Position numbers and translations under genes: made by a program. Below the pieces are notes generated by a model. The model ran no database searches. It saw only the letters and a program-made list of their open reading frames with translations, and was not told the DNA's origin. A stretch of DNA of 64,000 nt from Chrysomallon squamiferum (taxonomy: Eukaryota > Animalia > Mollusca): NCBI GenBank assembly GCA_012295275.1, contig CM022670.1, positions 2,418,001 through 2,482,000 on the forward strand, in the 5' to 3' direction. Below, one piece after another: positions 53,445 through 64,000 of the stretch (the first letter of the stretch is position 1; every line of letters starts with the position of its first letter).

Positions 53445-56337
53445 CTTGTAAACATTCACAGAAATAAACAAGTACAGTAATAATAATTATGTAAATGTAA
53501 TAGCTATTATGACATGCTGAACCTCCACAATATTTTAAAATCCGTTAACACATCTTGAGCTACTTTGTAGATCAGAGTTAATGCGTTTTACATATCAGAT
53601 AACATTCTGACGTTGTAGGTGTACATAATTATTCGCACACAAGTGAACACAAGGTACATAGATGTAATCTAATATGAAATTATCGCTCAAATGGTTTCAG
53701 ATCTGACCTTTGCATTTGACAACGAGCTGTTCAAATATTGTGACAATTTCAGTTGATGCCCTGATTGATTTGATTGTTGTGTCTGTGTTTGAAGGTATGA
53801 CGGGTTCACGGATTGGTGCCACAATGAGGGATGCTGACTGGTCCAACACAGCATGGTCCTACACTTGGATTAATAATAGCTACGTGAAAAATCCTGAAAA
53901 AGAAATCATAAGGTTACAAACTACTGCTACTGCTGCTACTAGAACTATGCATGGAAGCGCCTACATTTTACTGATGGATGTTCATTTATTATTATTATTA
54001 TTATTATTTTTTTTTATATTTTGAAATTAAAACTAATTTCACTTCTGAAAAAATCTCGACTGTATAAATAAACAATATAAGAAAAAATAAGAAAATAAAA
54101 AAAAAAAACAATAAATAAAACAATAAAACAATAAATATATAAATTTAAAAATAATTTAATTAATTAATTTATAAAAGTAAATAAATAAATGAATAAATAA
54201 ATAATAATAACAATAATGAGATGTAAAAAAGCTTTTGGTTTTTCAATTTTTTTTTTTCTAGAACTGTCATAGAACTGGGACCAGCCGCTGGAGTATTTAC
54301 AAATGCGGAAGATATGACTAAATGGTTAAAATTCCACATCAGTGGGGGAAAGGTATACCTTAGCAAGTCTGATTTTGGAATACTTAATCCGTTACTCCTA
54401 ATTAAAGTCAGAAAACAAAACAACTGCTTATCTATTAAAAAAAATATATAAAAAAAAATAAAAAATGAAAGAAAGAAAACAAGAGATACAGTCCAGTGCA
54501 TTTAGTGAATTATTATGTATAATAATATCGAATCCTAATTTAAATTCTCTATGCAGTTTCATTCTGATATCAAAATTTAAATTTGTATATCCACTTTCTT
54601 CAGGTGATATTGAATCTTAATTTAATTTTCGACGTATTCAACTTTTATCCATGATACTGAATCCTATTTAAAATTCTGCATCTAATTTCTACTCTAATTT
54701 TGTTTCTATATTCTGTTCTATTATTGACCAACTGACCTAAACGTCCATATCAGTAAACGTTTATCGTGTGTACAGGATCAGCGAGGAAATGAGATTATCT
54801 CCAAATCTGCTCTAGAAGAAACATACCAAGCCTTCATGCCGTCTCTCGATGGCCGGACTATGTACAGACCTAGATATCCAGTAGACAATTTTAATCCGAC
54901 GTACGCATTAGGGTGGAGGAACGGTATTTACTCGGGTAAGCAGTCTCAAATTATATTACTGTCGATGATGACGACAATGAAGATGACGGTGTCCAGTACT
55001 ATTACTAAGACTGCTACTTTACCAAACTCCTTTAAAAATACAAGAACTATATAAAAAATGTTTAACTGTAAAAAAAAAAAAAAAAAAAGAGAAAAAAGAA
55101 CAATAATAATAAAAAATAAACATAAAGAGTGTAACAATTAAATTATTGTTTAAGGACTGATAGTATGATCCTTACCCACGAGGTTGTTGCTTTCCATCAT
55201 TTTATTATTATTTCTTTTCGAATTAATATGTCATCTCCATCATTCGTAATGTTGTTTCTGTATAAACAGGACGGCCTGTCATATTCCACACCGGTTCCTA
55301 CAGTAGCTACGCCTCTCGCGTAACTTTCTTTCCAAATGATGACATCGGCATCTGGTCCGCAATCAGTACCGACGGACCCTTCAGTCAGTATGACATAAAT
55401 AGACTGGTCACCTGGTTTTCAAGTGACTTGCTACTCGGTAAGTCAAATTAATGCGTATTTTTATTTATTTATTTATTTATTTATTTTTCGGTAATAATTT
55501 CTTTATATTTTTTAATGTTATATTGTTAACGAAATATTATCATCCACAAAGCGAAGAGACCGGATATTAAGTATGTAGTCACAGAAAAGGAAACATACGT
55601 CTGTCTTCTTACGAGTGAGGAAAGACGTATCCAAGCCAGTGAACACTAAACTAGCATTGTAAACAACCTATTCCCGGGCCCGAACCGACTGGATAGGGAA
55701 GCTATATAATATTTGATATGTGCAGGCCTGTGTTTTTCTCTTTTCTTTCATTCACGGTTTTTTTTTTTCTTCTTTTTTTAAATCAGGTAAAATTCCTTGG
55801 TTGAACGAGACAACGGCATGTAAGTATCCAGGTCCATGGTCTACAGAAAGAAGAAAACGTCAGCTACACACCAAGCGATCCTCCTTTCAGTCACAACCAG
55901 CTAATTCCACGCTTCGCAATCTGACCCAGTACCTCGGAGACTACTTTCACCCGGGGTTTGGGAAACTGACAGTGTTCCTTGACGAGAACAAGCAACTGAA
56001 ATTCAGATTTGGTTTGTTCCTTCATGGCTTGCTTCTATCCACATCTACTGCAGACAAATTCAACCAAAGACTTGATTTCCCTCTCGTTTTTCGCCTGAAG
56101 CCGAAAGGCTACGACTTTTTCTTCCTTCGCGACAAGAAAGGTTTAGTGGTTGGTACCAAGGTTCCTTACTTAGAATCAATGCTGCCACCAGTGTTTTATA
56201 AAAACGGTTTTGGTCCTACATCAGATAGTCCAACCACAATCACACCCAGATGTAAGACTCGAGCTTCTACTAGTGTACATCACAGACCATGCTTTGTGGC
56301 CGTGCTTATCATGATTAGTTTTAACTTGTGCCTGTAG
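52036..56337 (+). CDS. Secreted serine beta-lactamase/penicillin-binding-fold hydrolase (class C/AmpC-like, gigasin-6-like) with DUF3471-like C-terminal domain; 7 exons, 569 aa
   Basis: Exons 52036-52508, 52884-53032, 53795-53912, 54262-54352, 54776-54935, 55270-55437, 55787-56337, in phase (1710 nt). Signal peptide; FNIGSNSKAF (SxxK), DLLSHKLG, FLYSNY (YxN), PLGM, GPAAG, YALGW, FHTGS (HxG), YLGDYFHPGFGKLTV; hydrophobic tail. Confidence 0.92.
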
Positions 56338-56939
56338 TTTTGCCATTCGTCTTTGATCTCTTTGTGAAAAGTAATTAGTGAAGTAGTTTCTGTTAACTTC
56401 TTCAAGACAAACCATTTAGTATTTATAATGCTAGATTGTCAAGGAGATAATTTCAAACATAGTGTAAATTAATGCATTGTTAATTATAAATAAAAGTGAA
56501 TATTATTAAAAGAGCTCAGTTATGAATGTAAAAGGTGTTGTGTTTATTAGATGGTTTTTTGTGTGTTTTGGGGTACTTTGTGAAATAATTTTATTTATTT
56601 ATTATTATTTTTTGGTTGTTATATCAAAAGTAAATAAAAATACAAATACTGGAAAAAAAATTAAAATAAAAAACCTCCAAAATAAAATAAAATAACGACA
56701 ACAACAATCGTAACCCCCGACAAAAACCTCCAAAAAAAATCCACAACAAACAAAACGAATCTAAACCAAGAAACAATAGTAGTAGAAATGGAAATAGAAA
56801 CGATAATAATCAAGGAAGAAAACAACACCAATAAATAAATAAATTAAATAGTTTATAAAAGAAACTATATTATACTCAAAGAAGAAAAATACCCCCTCCC
56901 ACGGTGAAATTTTGCTAGATTTTATTTATTTATTTATTC

Positions 56940-57050
<111 letters not shown>

Positions 57051-57244
57051 CTACACAATTTATTTTGTTCCTCAGTTGTATTAAAATAGGTGAAATGCAG
57101 CCTACTGTGTCTTTAGCTGTTCCTAATTGCAGTCATTTCAAATGACAGAACTGAAATGAAAAAAAAATAGTACATTTATAGAGCGAATTCGATGATAATA
57201 AAAACATCGATCGACTTACTAATTCTTTTTTTATATATATAGTA

Positions 57245-57780
57245 ACCAATTCCGTGATGCGGAAACCTGTAACGGAAATCGGAAAAGGAACACTCTTGTT
57301 TATAGCAATTTTAAAAATGATAGGAACATATTTTAATTGTACACTGTAGAAGGAGTTTGCTGTTAGCAATCATCTTTATAAGTCAGATGTATTATACTTG
57401 AAATTTGCATATCATCACCTATTTTTTGTATGCACTATACAATAATAAACTGAATATAATATAATATTTGAAATTTAACAATCATTATTATAAGTTAGAT
57501 GTATTATACTTGAAATTTGCATATCATAAACACACTAGTCAATAATGAATTCATTACACAGTTGTTGTTGTTATGTTTTAGCTGAACTGAAAATAAATGC
57601 GAAAAACAATGAAAATAAAATAAATATATTTTATATATGTTAACTAGATAACCCTCTCTTTCAACACACACACACGCGCATAATAAATACGATAGAAACA
57701 CCCAATGTCTATTTGAACGTGTCCTAGCAAAGAGAAAGAGTTCAACCAATGGAAAAAGGAAGGAAATACTCAGGAAGTAC
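57245..57780 (+). promoter_or_regulatory. Putative MRPL30 promoter
   Basis: Cluster of ETS-like CGGAA words at 57250-57285, a duplicated 49-bp block containing octamer ATTTGCAT, CCAAT at ~57702 and ~57746, CAGGAAGT at ~57771 just before the ATG. Confidence 0.45.
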
Positions 57781-57784
57781 AGTA

Positions 57785-59764
57785 ATGGCTTCTTCCATGT
57801 TGAACGCATTGAAACAGGTAAAACTTTCAATTTAACGATAATTCAAATAAATCGGAATATTATATCCTTATTGACATTATTATAAAATGGCAATAATTTG
57901 TATGATCCGTTTATAGTCTTATTTTTGATTAGTTGAAGGTGTTTTACGTAAAATAAAAATTTGACATTGACCACTGGCATTTCGATTTCGAACTAAATAA
58001 TTGTTCATTTTGTTGTCTCCCTTAATTTGCGGGGTGTTTTTTTTTTTTTTTTTTTTCATCCCTGATCAAATAATGTTTAAGAAATAAAAATAAATCTATA
58101 AATAAATAAATAAAAAGAAGAAGAAGAAACTATACATATTAAGCAAGACAATTTCTGCTAACGTAATTTATTGACGTTTCTTTTTTGTAAAGTCTTATTC
58201 ATTACTGTGTATGTTTCATGATTAAAGTTAAATATTTTGTAAATTTGTATTTGTTTATATATTTAAGACATTACAGGTGATTTATATCTGTGTAGCCTTA
58301 TTTTTGTGCAGTGAAATAAACTTGCAGAGAACAATTCTCCTTTCTTTACTCTAGTCTATGTATTACGATTTACAGGGGCAGTGCTGGTGACTAGATCATG
58401 GATGTCAAAATGATAAACACCAGTTCAGTGTTTTTAAACTATAACAGTGTCATTCATATTTTATTCATTTTTCTTCTCCAGTAGGGTTTTCAGTGGATAA
58501 GGAATAGATCGTTAAGTTTTTAAGACGTACAGATTTAGTGCAAGGGAGGTAACTTTAGACAAAAACAAAAACAACAAAAGAAATAATAATAATAATAATA
58601 ATTAAAAAACACGAATGAAGAAGATAAATATAACATTTCACATGTTTTTCAGGCCCACATTTGTCAACCAGGGCGTAATCAGTTGTGTTCGGTCCGATGG
58701 AGAAAGAAAATACCCAAGTTTGCAGATCCAAGAGATACATCTTGGGCAGAACCTCTGATTCAGTGGAGACAGAGGCAGGCAGAGAGAAGTGCTGAAGAAC
58801 CATCCATGATTCACATGGTTCGACGTGTTAAAAGTTTGGTTGGCAGGCCATATTGGGAAAAAGAAACCATTAAAGTTTTGGGGCTAGATAAGAAAGGTAA
58901 ACATATTATATTATCAGTATCATATCATACTATATTTTAAACAACCATTTTAATTTTTAATTATTCATAAAGTGTTTTAAGTTATATATAAACTTGGTTT
59001 GCTTGGCAAGACTAGTGAAAAGAAAGAAAAAACAGTAATAAATAATAATAACAAGATTTGATTTTGAGGATTAGATGGCAAGATAAATTGAATCAGTAAT
59101 CTATTTTAAACAAACAAAATAGTCCTACAAACATATGTAGAACAGCTGTTTGTTAATAGATGTCGCATAAATATTTATCAGTTTCTCCTTTGTTTTTGCA
59201 CATATTTGAAATGGTGGTAAACAGGGAAATATTATAGTAACATAATATTAATAATTAGTCAAATTTGTATCTCTAAATCAAACAAAACAATCACTTTGAA
59301 GTATGTAAAACAGGTATACTTCAACAGCAGCAAATGTAGTTTAAAAAATCTTAGTCTTTTCCTTTGTTTTTCAGATGAATGAAGTAGTGGTACACAAAAA
59401 CATACCTGAAGTAAATTCATTATTGAAATCTGTGAGCCATCTCATTCAAATTACACCTGTCAAGTTTCCATACGGCTTACCTGAAAACGAAGAAGATCTA
59501 AAACACTGTGTTCTTCAGGACAATGGTCACCTTGTGGTCACCAAGACTGTCCACCCTGTGGATGTGAAGGAAGAAGAGAAAAAACCAGTTGTGTGGGAAA
59601 TGAATGCAGAAACTCTGAAGAAACACAACAGAGAGAAATTGGACTCCTATTCTTTAAATGCAGAATTTTTTCCTGCAAAACCAACATACAGATATAACCA
59701 GGACGGAAAAGAATATAGATACTTCGGAAATCAAAATGTTGGCAAGAACAAAGTTCCGTTTTGA
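57785..59764 (+). CDS. MRPL30: Mitochondrial large ribosomal subunit protein L30 (uL30m); 3 exons
   Basis: Exons 57785-57817, 58653-58896, 59375-59764. Motif HMVRRVKSLVGRPYWEKETIKVLGL...VVHKNIPEVNSLLKSVSHLIQITPVKFPYGLP; basic N-terminus consistent with a mitochondrial presequence. The exon 2/3 junction is 1 nt out of phase. Confidence 0.92.
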
Positions 59765-61082
59765 TGTTGACTTTTTTTTTAATACTAGGATTGTGTGTTT
59801 TCACTGGATGACTCTGACAGATCTGTAAACACTCCATCCAGTGTGTTTTCATGTTATCATATCAACAGTCCTGTTGACATAATTAATTATTAGAATAAAA
59901 TAAATCAATGGAAAATTAATACAAGTTTGTATATTTTTATTTGTAAAGAAAACACAACATACATAGTTAAACTGATACTTTGTTTCAGTGCAGTTGTTGT
60001 TTAAAAACAACAAATTTCATGGAGGTAGACATTATTTGTCCTTTTTTTGAAACTGCTGGACTTTTATCACAACCAAAATAATAATGATGATTAATTGTTA
60101 TCTCAACCACAGTATTCTCTACATAATAGTTATCAAAATAACAACAGCAATGATAAAAATTATAACATAATTAAGAAAACTAACTATCCATGACCATACC
60201 AATATTGATGAATATCCATAACCATATATATATAATTAATTATGTCTGTCTCTATAACATTAACAGCAACATTAATCATTGGGTGTTATAACCCATTTCA
60301 CACTAGATTACATAGTCACAAAATCATAAAACCTTTTACATTATATATTATTAACACGTTTTTCATACTCACAAGATACATACACTGGGTGTAGTTGAAT
60401 ACGAAAAATTCCAAAATATATATAGACAAGTATATAGACAGATATTTTTTATTTCCTCAGTCAAATGAAAACCCATAGTTCACAATAATATAATAAAAAA
60501 ATATAGAATACAGCTTGGTTGTGCTGATATTAACAATTATATTCTCTCTGTTGTTATCAGTAATCAGTAACTAGAAATAGAATATTTAGCTAATTAAATT
60601 TACGATAAAATATTAAATCTTATACAGGTTTCTCTCTCTCTCTTAAAAATACAAGAAATTCAAAACAACAATAATAATAATAAAATAAATAAATACAAAT
60701 TATATATTGTTTTAACCTTATCAGCTTTAACCGTACAATTCTGATGTCATTTTTGGCAGGTATTAAATCAGTTTAAATTTCTTCCTGCACACTGAAATGA
60801 AATTCTATTTCGTTTTACTGCATGTTTGCATCAGGCTCCGATATCGTTGATAAACAATAAAACCGCTTCAAAAAGACCGGTGTGACGTGCGGTTTATTAA
60901 TTACTCGGTATGATAAACAATGTATCATTCGGAAATAAATAAACAGTCAGCGACTGGGTGTGTGTTATTAAAACATAACAAATATTAACGCTGGTAAATG
61001 AACATAGCTCGAAGCCATGTTAATAACCATTGTTTTAGGATCGTGTTTTGTAACGAAACGAATACATGCAGTGTTGGAACGA

Positions 61083-61121
<39 letters not shown>

Positions 61122-61278
61122 CTGAACGTGATTTAATGGGGAAGGTGGATTATTCTGAATGTTCTGTATACTTAGTGTTTCGTTTATAGTATTTATAGCT
61201 CATGACTTAAAAGGCTACTACTACTGTGTTTCTGTTGAAGCGGATGCTTACTGGTGGCTTTACAAAATCGGAGAGATC

Positions 61279-61925
61279 ATGAAACTGTTAACGGTATAGT
61301 GCAGTATTAAATACATTTAAAATACAACATTTGTGATTAATTTATTTTATTATAAAAAATGAAAAATTATTCATATTTATATATTTTGGTTGTTGTTTTT
61401 CGATTTCAACGCTGTATTTAAAAAAATCATAATAATATTAATAATAATAAAAAAAAAAAACCAAAAAAAAACAACAACAAAAAAACAATTACATTAATTA
61501 CTGAATGATTAATTTTTGAAGTGTAGAATATTTGTTCTAATGAATTTATAATGATAATGGTAATGATGAAATAATAATAATAATAATAAAAAAAAAAAAA
61601 AAAAAATTACTTTTATTTTTTAATTTGTTAATTGTGTTTCAGATGAAGATTATAGTGGGGTTGTTTATGTTTGTTCCAGGTAAGTACATATCTCTGAATT
61701 TCCGGCGAAATATATGGCAACCTTTTTATTTCATTTCTTTTCTCTTCAGCTTAGTTATTTTGTAGACATACAAGAAAAAAAAAAAAAAAAAAAAATATAT
61801 ATATATAGATAGATAGAGAGATATGTATATATAAAAAAAAAAAAAAAAAAAAAAATATCCATACGGTTTTGAAATTTTACCTAAGAATACTATGTATTCT
61901 AAGTAGTACTACGACTACTACCACT

Positions 61926-61980
<55 letters not shown>

Positions 61981-62088
61981 TTTAGTAAAAATTAAATAGT
62001 GTGAGATATTTTTTGCTCGTTTCTACACCTCTGCAGTTATATTTTTCATTAATGTAAACATTTATTAATTTAAATTATCCTTTTCAGT

Positions 62089-62160
<72 letters not shown>

Positions 62161-63537
62161 CAGCTAAAATTGACATAATTATTTATTAAATTTATAAATA
62201 CTATGTAACAGGGTGAAATGGTTCTAAAAACAACAACCTGCTCACAATTTTAGTGTTTTCAATGATTTGAAGTGGGTTTTTTTTTTGACCAGGAGTGAAA
62301 CATATTTTCTGTCTGTTATAATCTAGCTTGTGTACCAACATACTCACTTCCTTCACAAAATATTTCTACAACGGGATCAAAATAATCTGCAAATTAATTT
62401 CTATTATTTCACGAGTTTATTCAGTTTTTACGAAATGTATCCACATATTTCACATACACCTATGTCACAAAATGTACTGCCATCATTAAAGTGCTAGCTA
62501 TTTCACTGCAGATAATACGTATTAACACATATTCTTTCCTTTCTTCTTTTTCTTTTTCGTCGACCGCTCAGGCAGGGACCCAGTAGCTCAAACAAACGCT
62601 GCTGCACTCTGTAGGTTTACCATGAGTCCTGAAATGTTTCTCCTTCGGGATTTGCCTGAAGGCGAGACTGCTGTTCTCTGATTCTTTCAGGTGGGACGAT
62701 GTTGCTGACGATGTTCCTCTGACACAAAGGCTGTGCCTTACAGTGACATGTTTAGCGGCTCCCATACTCAATATGTACACATATGACGGTTTAATCTACA
62801 GTGACCTTTTCCTAGGCGTATCATTATCGCGTCATCTTCTCTTGAAAAACAGTAGTAGCTGACTCTGGTTTTAAAATCTGGCTGGTTTTGTTGCCATCGT
62901 TTCTTGATTCTTTCCTTTCAAATTGCTCACATTAATAATTCTTATTAAAATAAACGTTTATAAAATGCATGCTTCTTTAGAAATCGACTGTACATCTGTG
63001 ACAGTTTATTTTCTTATGCATAATATTTTCACTGAACATCAAGTAAAAGTCATATTATCTTTCGCGAGTTTTTTAAATTTTATTTCAGAACTGTCAGCTT
63101 TAAAAACTGACCAGAGAGGTCGAAGCTTTCTTATCGCCTTTCCGGAAAAGGACAACGATGTAAAAGACCAACGTTATCGTAGTTACGTCAGAAGATGACG
63201 CTGTTGTCTATGTCAAGTTAGCCGGACAGGAGACTGAGGAATACGAGGTTGAGGCCATGGGGACGGTGCATATTCCATTTCCACGTCAGCCCACACTGAT
63301 CTCAGACAGTCAGATTCACGAAAACACAGCACTCATAGTTGCTTCAGCAAAAGTATCTGTGTATGGCTATGCTATAGGAAACGAATCAGTTGGCGGATTT
63401 TTGGCTTTTCCTATAGAAAGTTTGGACACAAAATACCTCGTTGTTGGAAAGAGCGATGGAGGTGAGTGACAGCTGAGCTGAAACAATCCCTTTCTCCTAC
63501 TTTCTTTTTTCTTTTTCATTTTATCTCTTTATCTCTG

Positions 63538-63597
<60 letters not shown>

Positions 63598-64000
63598 GTC
63601 CACTCACGCAATCTCTGTCTTCCAGGTGCAAGTCAGCTTGCTGTGGCAGCTGTTGAAGATAACACTGAGGTATCCATTACAATGAGGACAAGCAGCATCA
63701 CGAAGTGTGGACGTGCAGCAGTGAAGAACGGTGAGATATTGAAATTCAGACTAAACAAGCGTCAAGCTCTGCACTTGGACTGCAGCAGTGACACGTCTGG
63801 AACACTGATACAAGCTGACAAACCAGTTGCAGTGTTTTCTGGTAGTTCCGTCAATGAAGTCATCGAAATGATGCCACCGGTCAAGAATTACGGTAAGGAA
63901 TACATTCTTTATCCGATTTTAGGCACAAACAGAGAAACTGTATACAGGATTCTAGCAGTAAGTGACAACACCACAGTCTCTAATTCATTATGGACGCACA
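61279..64000 (+). CDS. IgGFc-binding (FCGBP N-terminal) domain protein, secreted; 5' part only, apparent +1 frameshift
   Basis: Exons 61279-61293 (tentative), 61643-61679, 63089-63461, 63626->64000. Signal-like MKLLTMKIIVGLFMFVPELSA; GRSFLIAFPE, GGFLAFPIESLDTKY, SQLAVAAVEDNTEVSI, DTSGTLIQADKPVAVFSG, EMMPPVKNYGKEY. Exon 63089-63461 is 373 nt where 372 is needed. Confidence 0.85.
62093..62155. repeat. (TA)n microsatellite
   Basis: Uninterrupted TA run. Confidence 0.95.
62532..62915 (-). mobile_element. 5'-truncated, decayed non-LTR retrotransposon (I/Nimb/Ingi-like LINE) 3' end, antisense in an intron
   Basis: Minus strand reads KKRWQQNQPDF...SREDDAIMIRLGKGHCRLNRHM, matching the RLRTGH-x-RLN-x-H motif of I-group ORF2 C-termini. 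It then has stops/frameshifts, a LQSAAAFV*ATG-like end, and a GAA-rich tail after tgagcggtcgac. Confidence 0.75.

Noticed and set aside
54353-54362. U12-type intron donor (GTATACCTTA)
   Set aside because: Deviates from the RTATCCTT consensus at +5; treated as a normal U2 intron.
52036-56337. Bacterial contamination or an antibiotic-resistance gene
   Set aside because: Six GT-AG introns with host-type microsatellites and host flanks; the fold alone does not imply beta-lactam hydrolysis.
57504-57830. 108-aa minus-strand ORF opposite MRPL30 exon 1
   Set aside because: Non-ATG start, low-complexity composition, overlaps promoter sequence; no domain.

Overview
AT-rich, microsatellite-dense, intron-containing animal genomic DNA, probably a mollusc/gastropod (inferred from gene content and repeat style). 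I assembled spliced models by hand from GT-AG sites and reading-frame phase. In order: a possible orphan exon (76-255, -); a BESS-motif gene (-); an intronless ankyrin/SOCS-box ASB17-like gene (+); POLR1E/RPA49 (12 exons, -); a CRAL-TRIO/Sec14-like gene with an 11.3-kb intron and a 27-nt microexon (+); an SLC36 proton-coupled amino-acid transporter (-); a folate-receptor-family gene (+); a secreted serine beta-lactamase-fold gene (+); MRPL30 (+); and the 5' part of an IgGFc-binding-domain gene running off the window (+). Also present: a TA-flanked MITE, a decayed LINE 3' end, SINE-like remnants, diverged tandem duplications and AT-rich hairpins. I cannot establish a new biological system from sequence alone. 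Best leads: the motif-intact, probably GPI-anchored beta-lactamase-like enzyme; a folate receptor whose ligand pocket looks rewired; a 17-bp motif shared by two head-to-head promoters; and single-base frame conflicts in A-runs of three genes (most likely assembly errors).
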